64,000 bases of DNA from the human T2T-CHM13v2.0 reference genome, Homo sapiens: NCBI RefSeq assembly GCF_009914755.1, contig NC_060937.1; one strand, 5' to 3'. A program made the position numbers and the translations under genes. Each line of letters starts with the position of its first letter. Position 1 is the stretch's first letter. Shown here piece by piece: positions 51,445-64,000 of this stretch. The notes below the pieces were generated by a model, which saw only the letters and a program-made list of their open reading frames with translations, made no database searches and was not told the origin of the DNA.

Positions 51445-52531
51445 AATCAAAATTGCAAGTGTCTAAATAAAACAAATTATCTTTTCATGTAATGCATTAT
51501 TTAAAGCAGAAAATAACTAATGTAGAATGAATCCTATTGAGAAAATAATATCAACTTCTTATCTAGTTACTGTCTGATAAATACTTAAAAGACCACATTC
51601 TTCTTCTAGTTAGTAAATGAAAAATCACTGGTGAGGTCTCACAATAGAAACAGTATGAGATAAACCACTGTTAAAATTCCAGCTTACTTCAAATATTATA
51701 GCCAAAGCCAAAAGAAGAATGAGCTCTTGTTAACCTCAGTGCAGTTTTATCTTGAAGGTATTATATTTCATCCTTCTCATTTTTATTCACAAAAATGTCA
51801 AGAAAACATCTATAAAGTAGATGAAAATATAAAAATATGCTGCCTCCCCTATCTCCATAGATTTCTTCATGAATCCCATCTTATTCTCAATACAGCTTTT
51901 CATGTTAGAGTTAGGTTCATTCAAATGTTTGAGTAGCAGAAGCTGTTCTAACATCAGGTGAAATCCAGATCTCTTTATAAGAAATAATGGAGAAAAAAAT
52001 GTTTTTAGAAAGACCAAAGAACCAGAAAAAAGGGCGTAGAATCAGCATGTCAAAAAGAGACCGTGAATAGTGATGAGAGATGAAAGACATGTCTAAAAAA
52101 TATGTAATGAATAACTCCCTTTGACTGATAATGTAGATATTATTAGTGAAGGCAACATTCAAGGAAAGAGAAAAAGACGGTCCTGATTCACATGTTTAAG
52201 CTAATTGGAGTAAGTCCGTGAAGTGATTTCCAAAGGTCTGCTGCTGTGTGTACAAACCTGTAGGGTCTTTAAAGGAGCTGGAGCTCAGAGCTTTGTGCAT
52301 GATGTTTGCGTTTTGTTTTGTTTTGATTTGTTTTGTTTCATTTCTTTTATTCATTTTGAGATGGTGAAGGCAGCATATTAGGCTGGAAAGAGTGACTTTC
52401 AAGAACTCTGGAGAGAAATCATACTATTATCATGAAAACTCTACTTGCCCCCTGCAAATCATCTGATAGGTGCCAAACAAAATAAAACAGGAGTATTCAG
52501 TAAAATTTACTCCTTATCACCATTTTTCCCT

Positions 52532-53182
52532 TTGCAAGGGCTACAGGAGAGCTTTCCTCCTGGCCCTCTGAAGGTTTGCTGAAAAATAAATTCACAAAAG
52601 GCAGATTAATAGAAGAAAAGGCATACAAATTTATTTAACATGTGTACCCAGGAGCCCTCAGAATGAAGACCCAAAGACACAGGGGAAATGGTCTATTTTT
52701 TGCTTTGGTTCAACCAAGTATGGACAGCCATGTAGAAATATGATTGGACAAAAAGTGTGTGATCTAATGCTAATAGTCTGCGTGGGGGAACCCAGCAAGG
52801 CGTGTCCATCTAGATTCCTCTTGGCTTCTCTGAGCAGCATTCCTTCCCTCTGGGTATGGGGCAGGAACCTTTCCAGAATGGGAGTCTTATAACCTATCAT
52901 CAAACAAGGTAGGTCAGAGAATTTCTTTCTGGCCATTTTTACATGGATAGGGCTAAGGGAAGGTTAGATTAATATTGTTAGTTTTATAGCTGTCTTTGGA
53001 GAAAAGGAGTTCAGGTTTCTATGACCTGCCTTGGAGAAGAGTGTTTCTCATTTCTATGGCTAGCCTTGGGGAAGAATGGGATGGAGAGAAAGGAGGGCAG
53101 GAAGAGGTCAGAGAAAAACCTTTTGCTTCTGAAGGTATTGCAGAGGCCTTCATTTTGGGATATTGTTTTCTGAGCCCCAACA
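52532..53182 (-). mobile_element. ERV1 solo LTR (MER34/MER39 group)
   Basis: The reverse complement starts tgttggggctcagaaaacaatatcccaaaatgaaggcctc; aaggcagattaatag.agaaaaggcatacaaatttatt near the other end. Confidence 0.75.
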
Positions 53183-53252
53183 CTCTGAATGGTAGACCTA
53201 AGAAGGACAAAAACAAGTTCTAGGTCAGAAAATACGTCCTTGCTATTGTATT

Positions 53253-53852
53253 TGTTGGAATCCAAAATATGCCTCTCCAAAATATACTTTTTTGGTATAT
53301 TTCAAGTTGTTTATTCAGAGAAGCTGAATAGATTTGAAAAGCTATTGCTTTGTTAAAAGAAAAAATGTATGTTTATCTACATTAGTAAAGCAAACAGGAG
53401 ATACAAACAGAGGCTTTCTCTGAGGTCACCTTATCCAGATCTAGGAAAGATGAACTCACAGAAAAAGGAGACTTAAGTCTGACATTTTGAAGTTCTGACA
53501 GAGAAACTGTTAACCACAAGCTGCCTTCTATTCACTCTGAGGACTGCTACCTGTGAGACTTCATCTGCATAACAAGACAGCCTTTGCTCTCCATGTGTTT
53601 CCTCCCCCCACCCTCCCACAACCCATCCCCAGGCTCCCCAGGAGCCCTAAGTCCTTATTCTACTCTGTATGGTATACAACTTAGTCATCTGGCCCTTCTT
53701 TGAGTCTCATATTTTGTGTAGTTACTCTACACATGCATATGTAATAAACTTGTATACCTTTTCTCCTGTTACTCTGTCTATTGTTGGTTGATTTTATGGA
53801 GTCAATTTATTAAACATTCAAATGGGTGGAAGGAAATTCCCTTTCCCCCTAC
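53253..53852 (+). mobile_element. ERV1 solo LTR (MER34 group)
   Basis: Starts tgttggaatccaaaatatgcctctccaaaatat; contains cttcatctgcataacaagac and a poly-A signal (gtaataaacttgtatacc); ends tttccccctac. Confidence 0.7.
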
Positions 53853-54732
53853 GTATCCATGAAAGCTTTCCCAGAATGCATAGTTGTGTCCTGCCAGATT
53901 GGTGGTCAGAACAGGTTTGTATATCTTATGTGTGTTTTCCACAAGGAAGAGTGCCTTTTAAGTCCAAATAGCATTGCTCTGAAAATTAGGAAAACTGTTT
54001 GCTTTTTAAACACTCTACACAAAGCTTCCTGGGGCATTTCATCAGAGCAGCCTAGAACTTCTCATTTTAACCAGCTGAATACTTTCTTGCTTGGCAAAGC
54101 TTTTTGACACCTTTTGGGTTTAAATCCAGATTTTTTTTTTACACCTGTACTGTAAATAAGAGCACTTTTTTTGATGATTTAATAGCCAGTGGCTGACAAT
54201 ATATAGCCTAAGATAGCTATTATATTAAATAGACAGGTATATAACGTCTCTTCTCTTCATTCTTTGATACGATCTGTTTGTGATCTTTGCATTTTTTGTT
54301 TGTTTGTTTTGACCAGGATTCACTGGATACAAGACAGTTTTAATTCCAGAAAATATTTTTGTACTTCTCTTTAAATATGTGACTTGGAAGCAGGTTTTTG
54401 GGTATGAGCATATGTAGCTGTTGAAGATGACTATCAAAATTGATGCCACACAAAGCACCTTGTAAACAAAAGATGCTGGCACTTGGTAGGAAAATTAGGA
54501 AGGAAAATTAATAATACAGAAAATAATAGTCACATTTTCACTTATGCTTGCATAAGTTCTACCATTTAGGAGTTCTCAAAAAGAAATTAAAAAGAAGAGA
54601 AACAGGGTAAAAAAAACGTAATTTCTCCAGGGAATGTCTTTGGTCTGGCTTTCACATACACACAAACATTCTCATCTCAAAAGCAGTCATCAGAAAAATG
54701 ATCTCCCTCTTGAATCCAAGTGAGATAAGTGC

Positions 54733-57013
54733 GGTATTAGTCCATTTTCATGCTGCTGATAAATACATTCCCAAGACTGGGTAATTTATGAGAAAAAAAG
54801 GTTTAATGGGCTCACAGCTCCATGTGGCTGGGGAGGCCTCACAATCATGGTAGAAGGTGAAAGCACGTCTTACATGGTGGCAGATAAAAGATAATGAGAA
54901 CTAAGCTAAAGGGATTTCCTCTTATAAAGCCATCAGATCTGTGGTAGACTTATTCACTACCACAAGAACAGTATGGGGCAAACTGCCCCCATGATTCAAT
55001 TATGTCCCACCAGGTCTTTTCCACAACATGTGGGAATTATGGGAGCTATAATTCAAAATGAGACTTGGTTGGGGACACAGCCAAACCATATCATTCTGCC
55101 ACTGGCTGCTCCCAATTCTCACATCCTCACATTTCAAAACCAATCATGCCTTCCCAACAGTACCTCAGATTCTTAACTCATTTCAGCATTAACTCAAAAG
55201 TCTACAGTCGAGAGAAGCAAGTCCCTTCCACCTATAAGCCTACAAAATCAAAAGCAAGTTAGTTACTTCCTAGATACAATGGGGGTACAGGCATTGGATG
55301 AATACAACCATTCCAAATGGGAGAAATTGGCCAAAATGAAGGGACTACAGGCCCATACAAGTCCAAAATCCAGCTGGGCAGCTGTATCTTAAAGTTTCAA
55401 AATGATCTCCTTTGACTCCATGTCTTGCATCTAGGTCATGCTGATGCAAGAGGTGGGTTCCCATGGTTTTGGGCAGCTCCGCCCCTATGGCTTTGCAGGG
55501 TACAGCCTCTCTCCCAGCTGCTTTCATGGGGTGGCATTGAGTCTGCAGCTTTCTCAGGCACATGGTGCAAGCTTTCAGTGGATCTACCATTCTGAGGTCT
55601 GGAGCATGATAACCCTCTTCTCACAGCTTCACTAGGCAGTGCCCTAATGGGACTCTGTTTGAGGGCTTCTACCCCACATTTCCCATCTTCACTTCCCTAG
55701 CAGAGGTTCTCTATGAGGGTCCCACCCCTGCAGCAACCTTCTGCCTGGACATCCAGGTGTTTCCACACATCCTCTGAAATCTAGGTGGAGGTTCCCAAAC
55801 CTCAATTCTTGACTTCTGTACACCCGCAGGCTCAAGACCACATGGAAGCTGCTAAGGCCTGGGGCTTGCATCCTCTGTAGCCATGGCCCAAGCTGTACCT
55901 TGGCCTCTTTTAGCCATGGCTAGAGTGTCTGGGACACAGGGCACCATGTTTCTAGGCAGCACACAGTGCTGGGTCCCTGGGCCTGGACCATGAAACCATT
56001 TTTTCCTCCTAGGCCTCCAGGCCTGTTATGGGAGGGGCTACCGCAAAGGTCTCTGACATGCCCTGGAGACATGTTCTCCATAGTCTTGTTGATGAACATT
56101 TGGCTCCTCATTACTTATGCCGATTTCAGCAGCCAGCTTGAATTTCTTACCAGAAAATGAGTTTTTCTTTTCTATTGCATTGTCAGGCTGAAAATTTTCT
56201 GCATTTTTATGCTGTGTTTCCCTTTTAAAACTGAGTGCTTTTAACAGTGCCCAAGTCACCTCTTGAGTGCTTTGCTGCTTAGAAATTTCTTCCACCAGAT
56301 ACCCTAAATCATCTCCCTCAAGTTTGTAGTCCCACAAATCTTTAGGGTGGGGGCAAAATGCCACCAGTCTCTTTGCTAAGACACAGCAAGTATCACCTTT
56401 ACTCCAGTTCTCAACAAGTTCCTCATCTCCATCTGAGACCACCTTAGCCTGGATTTCATTGTCTATATCATTATCAGCATTTTGGTCAAAGCCATTCAAC
56501 AGGTCTCTAGGAAGTTCCAAACTTTCCTACATTTTCCTGACTTCTGAGCCCTCCAAACTGTTCCAACCTCTGCCTGTTACCCAGTTCCAAAGTCACTTCC
56601 ACATTTTTGGGTGTCTTTACAGCAGCATCCCTCTCTACTGGTACCAATTTACTGTACTAGTCTGTTTTCATGCTGCTGATAAAGACATACCTGAGACTAG
56701 GTAATTTATAAAGAAGAAGAGGTTTAATGAACTCACAGTTCCATGTGACTGGGGAAGTCTCACAATCATGGCAGAAGGTGAAATGCACATCTTACATGTT
56801 GGCAGACAAGAGTGAATGAGAACCAAGTGAAAGGGGTTTTCCCTTATAAAACCATCAGATCTCATGAGACTTATTCACTACCATAAGAACAGTATGGGGG
56901 AAACCACCCCCATGATTCAATTATCTCCCACAGGGTCCCTCCCACAACATGTGGGAATTATGGGATCTACAGTTCAAGATGAGATTTGGGTGGGACACAG
57001 CCAAACTGTGTCA
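54733..57013 (-). mobile_element. THE1 (THE1B/C-like) MaLR provirus: LTR 56653-57013, internal region, LTR 54733-55093
   Basis: Two LTRs (gtattagtcc.ttttcatgctgctgataaa...gggacacagccaaacc.tatca). Internal ORF 56038..56520(-) ELPRDLLNGFDQNADNDIDNEIQAKVVSDGDEELVENWSKG. Confidence 0.93.
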
Positions 57014-57599
57014 AATGTAGTGTCTAAAATAATATGTAACCAGAGTTGCCAGTTTATTATGAAAATGTTTAATCTAAGTATTTTTAAATTATTAAATAAT
57101 ATTTTATATTGCTTTTACTTGTTTATATTAGGCAACAAAAGTAAGTGAGCATATTTAAAAAATAGGAGAAATCTGAATTAACACACAAAGTGGCCAGAAA
57201 GGAGTTGCAAATTTAACCCTACAGGGGAGCATTCCAATATCAAGAATATGTTTATACTGAAATGACATGGGGAGACATGCATAGAACTAGTCCTCACACA
57301 AATTATTTTTTTCATATCAAACAACTTTTTGGGGGCCAATAGATAATATTTTATGACTCACTTTTACATTCCAAAGTAGTTTCCCTTTGCTTTTAAAGCT
57401 CATGGGTATAGCACTAATAAACTAACTCCATTCTTCTCTTAAGCTTAATTAAGTTTTAGAAAGAACACCAAGTAGATAAACACATAAGAAGCTGATAAAA
57501 ACAGCACCTATTTAGAAAAATAGCACTGAAAATATTTTCATTTGTTATAAAACAGTATTAAATTACTAGTGCTAAAATCAAAACTATGTGCTCACCAGA

Positions 57600-57965
57600 T
57601 CCTTTCTTTTCTTCCTGGACACATAGCCAAACTACATTTCTAGTCTCATTGTGGTTAAGTGGGACCATGTAACTGAGTTCTGACCAGTGAAATGTGGGCA
57701 ATTATAATGTGTGCATTTCCAGGGCTGGCCTCTCCTGGAAACATCTAGAGGAAGAATCCACATCCCTGCAGGACTCCCAGGTTTTAGGAGGTGGCAAAAC
57801 CATACATAAAAGTATCCTGAATCCCTGCATCATTTCATGGTGGATGTTGTCAAAGGATGCCACTCACACTGGAACACCTGCAGTAGAAGTTGTATGAATA
57901 AAAAATTAAACAATTACTATGATAAGCCACTGTGATATTGGGTTTGTTTGTTAGAGGGATTAGCC
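57600..57965 (+). mobile_element. Old MaLR LTR (MLT1J/K-like)
   Basis: actacatttc..gtctcattgtggttaagtgggaccatgtaactgagttctgaccagtgaaatgtggg ... taagccactg.gatattgggtttgtttgtta. Confidence 0.65.
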
Positions 57966-60372
57966 AATATAAAACTGGCAATTTCTTTTTGCTGTCTTGA
58001 TATATTTACAAGAATGACTCAGCTTTGAAAAGAAACTAGAGATATGTATCTCAAATGGAATGAATTACATGGGGAGACATGCACATGTACGTGTATTATT
58101 ATTTAATACAAGGCTCCCAGTCTTATAGTTTTTCTTATTTTGCTATTGCTCATCAACTTTTAAAAGGCTTAGCTTATAAAATGAGACCCAGATTTTTGAT
58201 AACTATATCTATGCACTCCTAAATCAGAGTGGCATAAGGTGCAAAAAGAAGGGCCCCAGTTGGATTATCTAATCAATTATTTTCAAAGAAGCAGTCTGTG
58301 CACTGGCACAAGATTATACCCAATTGCCAAACTTACTGCACAAAGGAATTATTTTTCTTCTCCCTTGAATTCTATGTCTGGTCACAATCTTGGACTATCC
58401 AGAAAGTGATATGGTGACCACTCGATTTAATTAAAGAAAACATTCTAATAAAGCTCTCAAACATTCCAGCATCTGCCACCCATACTTCTAACAATAGTGG
58501 CAGAACAGAAAGATTAATAAGCTGCCCAAATTGTATCATGTCTCCCATAATACAGTGAGATCTGATGTATGTTTCAATTTTAACTACTTAATTCCTACAG
58601 TATTTTGTGGTGGTAAATATGTCTGGGGAAATCCTCCTGAATTGGATACTAGGAGTTAGCTCACAAATCTGGGCCTGTATTTATGTGATGAGTACAGTTC
58701 CTCTTAAGAAGCATAGAATAAGGCTATTTAAATGCAAGCTTGGGTTTCTTATAGCAAAACCAGGACTGCTTGGAAAAGTGTTTTGATGACATATGCTCCG
58801 TGAATCCATCAGGGCAGCCTCGAGTAGGGTGAAGATTCTGGATGAGATGAATAGCTTTTTGAAGAATAATGCCTGCAGCTGCTGTGGTCTTAGTCTTGGT
58901 GGTTGGGCCTCCTCATTGGATGGCTAGGAGCATAAAACCTGTCAGTCTGACTACTGCTAGCCTTATACTCCTTAAATACTGGAGATAGGGGGCTTCTCCA
59001 GAGGTCTTTAAGTGAAAGTGGTTATAATCCAATTGGAAGTTAAGAGTTGTGTCTCCTATTTTTTTCTAACTCTTAATTACTAAACTGTTTTCTTAAAAAT
59101 ATGCTTGTGTATATACAAGACACCTCCCATTTCACAATGACAATGCATTACTTTATATCGTTACCTTACTAGATCTTTGTCTTGTTGGCTAGATTATAAT
59201 TCCTTTAGATTAGGAACTATTGTATATATGACTTATGCTCTAGGGTCTTGCAGAAATTTAGTGATTAGTATAGATTCTAGTTTTGGAATCAACATAGCAA
59301 AAATAATAAGGTACAAATTAGGAAAAAATAAAAAAAATTGAAGAAAAATTAAAAATTAAAGTTATGTAATATCACAACATAGCCTTTCAAAATGTAATCT
59401 ATTATATGTGAATTTAATAAAAAAGAGACTAAATATGTTTGGATAGAGCTTAAAGAGAATATGGGATATTTGATAGATTGACAGCAAATTACGTATTGTT
59501 TATGTTTGGTTTTCTTTGATTTCTTCTCTTCTGTCTGATACAGGTTTCTATATTTGAAAGAAAATGTTTGCTTCCTTTTAGCCAGTTGATGGGGTCAGTA
59601 GAATCTAAAAATTATATCTGCATCTAAGCATAATAACTAAGAATGAGAGAATGACTTTGAGAAACATTTGTGTACAATTTTGAAGCCTATTTCTAATGTA
59701 AGATATATGCTATAAATAGAATTTCTTTTTAAGTGAGGACTATATTTCTAAAAGGAGTACTGACAAATGTGTGTTAATGCTTTAAAATTTTCAGTTTGAA
59801 TGAAACATATCTTATAATAGTTTTCCAAATGAAATCAGAGAAGACCTTCTATAACCATTCATTTACTCTGCTATAAAGTATTCTATCTTTTTTCACCAGT
59901 TTTCCTATCATTACACATTCTTTGCTGTTATATACTATCAAAATATTCTCTTCTAAAATTAGGATTTTCTAAATTAATTACAGTATTAATTGCCATAAGG
60001 TGTTTAAAAATTATTAATAAATAGGAGAGAGGTTTTTTCTACCAAAAATGTTGAAAGCACACTCAAAACTTCAACTAGCTCAAGGACTCCCACTTAACCA
60101 TTTAAAGCACATTTTTCTCTGAGTGAAACCTAACTGGACACCGCGTGTCTTTGCCATTCCTCTCTGTAGGAAGACAGTTTCCAGTTCTGGCAAATCCTCT
60201 GCATATAAGAGTAACAGAAGTATGATCCATCAATGTTTAAAGAACAAACATGAATCTGAGCGTCTAAGTAAAGTGGGTGCTTAAATATCTTAACTAAATT
60301 AAGGAAGTAATTTTTTACTTATTCTGAAGCATCCCAGTGAATCTTCAGCATGAACTTTACCAGAATTCCTTT

Positions 60373-60384
60373 AGAGACAGAGAG

Positions 60385-60433
<49 letters not shown>
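60373..60433. repeat. Compound (GA)n(GT)~23 microsatellite
   Basis: agagacagagagagcgtgtgtg...gtgt. Confidence 0.97.
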
Positions 60434-60436
<3 letters not shown>

Positions 60437-62663
60437 GGTATATTCTAAGGTAATCTGAAGACTAGCATTTTTTCCAAAAAAAGTATTTAGGATGATGTAA
60501 GAAGCAACAAGACAGTTTTCTCTATTTTCAAATGGCTTCTTATTCAAGTGATTTCTTGATATGACTTTCTAACTTATTAATATTCAACTTTTTGTGACTT
60601 CTCTTTTAAGGAGGACAGAGTAGATAGTGAAAAGCTATCATTCACACTCCAACAAATGGACAAATGTAAATGATCAAGATCATATTTCAAAACACAATGG
60701 AGAGACATGAAAATAAAATAAAAAGGACTAAGTAAGTAGATGCAAATATCAGAGAAGGTCGAGTTCTTCCTATGTGAGCTGCGGTTGGATACCACTTTTC
60801 TTCTAGGGACATGTGCTGATTCTATGCATGGGCTGAGGATTAGGCTCACCATAGAAAGTAGAACTCCATTAGGACAAAGAGAAACCAGTGGAGACCTTGA
60901 CAGCCACATATGCTGACACTGACCAATCAAAACTAGATAAACTCCAAACACGTGGCTAGTTTCTCGTATGGGCATTTGCTGGGTTTTGAGATAGGCTAAG
61001 AGTGTAACAGCTGATTCAGAAAGACTCAGGACTGAAATCAACTGAAGCCTGTCAGTGCTTAGGAGACAAAGTCACACTACAGGAAGTGATAAGTAACAAG
61101 TATACAGTTAAGTTTCCCCCTTATAATAGCTGCCATATTTCAAATCTGTGTGGAGCAGAATGCCAAAGAATGAAACTCTCAAGTTCCAAAGGGCAGTAAT
61201 TTCATGGTGGAAGAGAGAAGCAGAACCATCAGACTCTTAAACGAAGATACAGGAGGGCCAGTCCCAAATGGAAAAGAGAAAGTGATGGATCTTGAACTTA
61301 AAACATTTGAAAAAAGTGGTAAAGGTTTTAATTAAAGGTGAAACCAAGCCCTGTCCCAACTTAAATTCTGAGGGACCTATGACTTGTGATCATCCCTTCA
61401 CATTACCTGCCTAACAGAGGGAGGAAAAAAAACAACATCATTTCCCTCTCTAGGAAAAGAACAACATCATTTTCAGCCTCTACAGTTATTTTATACACAA
61501 TGTTGTCCAAGATATAATAAAAATTGACACATACAAAGGGAAAAGGACATGTGACTGGTAATCAAGAGAAAATACAGACATTAAAAGCAGATATGAAATG
61601 AGGCAGATAAATGTGATTGATAATAAAGACTATAAATGAGGGAATAAGCAAATAAGAACTTCATAAATATGTGAAAGAAAACAAAGAAAAATTTAAGAAA
61701 ATGGAAGACAGAATTTTAATGAGGAATTGAGATCCAAAAAAATGAATTAAATAGAATATGGTAGAATTGAACATCCAATATTTAAAATTAAAAAGTCAAT
61801 TGCTGAAGATATGTAATCACATGTAGAATGTAGGAAAAAAATCCAGAATAAAGAATAAAAAAAGATGAAAAATACAAAAGCTCCCAGCTACCTATTGTGG
61901 GGGCTAAGTTCTGGGCTAGTGTAGCTGAGAGGTGGGGATCCCCTGCTTCCACCCACCTCTCATAACCCACTAATAAAATAGGGATTTTGTCTTGTATGCA
62001 GTGTGTTGAGAATAATGGAGCCCTGATCACTCATGACCAGACTCGTGAGGCAGTGGGTTCTATGCCAGGAGAGGGAAATAGAGAGGATCCTAGTCTTCTG
62101 TTTTTCCCCTAAAAAATGGTCAGCTAATAGAACAGAGATGTTTGCCTGGTGGTAGAAAGAGGCCATAAAACACCTCCTAATTTCTTCTGAAAGGGACTGA
62201 CTTCAATTGCATCAGAGATTAAAATAGGTACTCAAACCTAAAGGTACTCTCAGGAACAGTTGAGATTTTGGCCAAAAGGTAATTGAGGGGAGGCTCAAGA
62301 TACTGGTTAAACTGAAGGTCTGTGAGTTTGCAGGAGAGAACTAGGGGCTGAAACAACTGGGAGGAGTTCTCCTGGAACCAAAAGAAAGAACAAGCACTGA
62401 CATCAGAAACTGTTTCTTCAAGGGAGCCAGAATTTGATTAAATTAGTTTATGGAGCAATTCGTATCCGAGAACATTGTTGAAAAAAACAGAGCAATTGGC
62501 TGGCAATGAGTAAAGTATAATAGCTTGGTGTGGCCAAGAATATAGAGGAAGGGAGCCCTACCAAAACCACTACAAGGGGCCCATGGGCTAAACAAAGCTA
62601 TGTTCCCTGAGGAACACCAGAGACTGAACACGTAGGTGTCACTGAAAGAATCCAGTTGGTCTC

Positions 62664-63036
62664 TGCTGTGGTTTGAATGTGTCCTGCAGAGTTCATGTGT
62701 TGAAGCTGAATCCCCTATGCAAGTGTTGAGAGGTGGGTTTTGGAATCTGTAAGAGTTGGTAAGTCATGAAGGCTCTGTCTTCGTGAATGGATTAATGCCA
62801 TTATCACAGGAGTGGTTTCCTGATAACCGGATGAGTTTGGTTTTCTCTCTCAGGCACACTCTCTCACCGTATGATAGCTCCTCCTATGTTATGAGGCAGC
62901 AAGAAGGCCCTCACCAGATGCAGCTTCATAATCTTGGACTTCCCAGGCTCGAGGACTACAAGACATACATTTCTTTTCTTTATAAATTACCTTGTCTGTG
63001 GTATCCAGTTATACTAGCACAAAATGGACTAAGACA
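62664..63036 (+). mobile_element. MaLR solo LTR (MSTB/MSTC-like)
   Basis: tgctgtggtttgaatgtgtcc...aatggattaatgccattatc...gcagcaagaaggccctcaccagatgcag...atggactaagaca. Confidence 0.8.
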
Positions 63037-63269
63037 GATGCCTACTTCACAGCTTTGCTGGCCCTGGAGAATAGTGTAATCTTCATCCAGAAGTCATTAC
63101 AATGGCAATATAGAGAGAGATGAAATCCCCATGCACACCTGCTTTCAAGAGTTTCTAGAAATGCGTCTACCTTGCTTTCAATCAACCTTTTTCTCTCAAG
63201 AGGGGTGTTTGCCTAGCCTTCAGTGGTAATAATTACTGATACTAATCAAAAACTGTGACAGTGGTTTCC

Positions 63270-64000
63270 TTTTTATTATCATTATTATTATTATTATTAT
63301 TATACTTTAAGTTTTAGGGTGCATGTGCACAACATGCAGGTTTGTTACATATATATACATGTGCCATGTTGGTGCACTGCACCCATTAATTCGTCATTTA
63401 GCATTAGGTATATCTCCTAATGCTATCCCTCCCCCACTGCACCTTACAACAGTCCCCGGTGTGTGATGTTTCCCTTCCTGTGTCCATGTGTTCTCATTGT
63501 TCAGTTTCCACCTATGAGTGAGAACATGCGGTATTTGGTTTTTTGTCCTTGCAATAGTTTGCTGAGAATGATGGTTTCTAGCTTCATCCATGTCCCTACA
63601 CAGGACATGAACTCATCATTTTTTATGGCTGCATAGTATTCCATGGTGTATATGTGCCACATTTTCTTAATCCAGTCTATCATTGTTGGACATTTGGGTT
63701 GGTTCCAAGTCTTTGCTATTGTGAATAGTGCCGCAATAAACATACGTGTGCATGTGTCTTTATAGCAGCATGATTTATAATCCTCTGGGTATATACCCAG
63801 TAATGGGATGGCTGGGTCAAATGGTATTTCTAGTTCTAGATCCCTGAGGAATCACCACACCGACTCCCACAATGGTTGGACTAGTTTACAGTCCCACCAA
63901 CAGTGTAAAAGTGTTCCTATTTCTCCACATCCTCTCCAGCACCTTGTTTCCTGACTTTTTAATGATTGCCATTCTAACTGGTGTGAGATGGTATCTCATT
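63270..64000 (-). mobile_element. L1PA3/4-like 3' end with (TTA)n tail; continues off the right edge
   Basis: tatactttaagttttaggg..catgtgcacaacatgcaggtttgttac...cccattaattcgtcatttagc. ORF 63501..63743(-) is the ORF2 C-terminus. Confidence 0.93.

Overview
AT-rich, gene-poor primate genomic DNA, almost certainly human because two Alus carry all AluYa5 diagnostic bases. It reads as intergenic or deep-intronic sequence made mostly of nested transposable elements. These include a full-length but ORF-disrupted L1PA4-like element with TSDs and an open antisense ORF0 (29606-35743), many older L1M/L1MA/L1PA fragments, two L1PA2-like truncated insertions (one 5'-inverted by twin priming), a near full-length Tigger4/Zombi DNA transposon, two LTR-internal-LTR MaLR proviruses (MSTA-like and THE1-like), several solo LTRs, about 10 Alus, MITEs (MER30, MER6-type) and microsatellites. 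I found no host protein-coding exon, RNA gene or CRISPR-like array that I can support; the ORFs I could recognise in the track are TE-derived. I did not find a convincing new biological system. The most notable signals are mutational footprints: a 135-bp copy of Tigger-internal sequence pasted outside the transposon, a younger L1 patch in register inside an older L1, two AluYa5 only 5 kb apart, a perfected hairpin in one LTR, and a few unexplained unique-sequence motifs. Subfamily names come from remembered consensus features, not from a RepeatMasker/Dfam run, and boundaries of the old elements are approximate.
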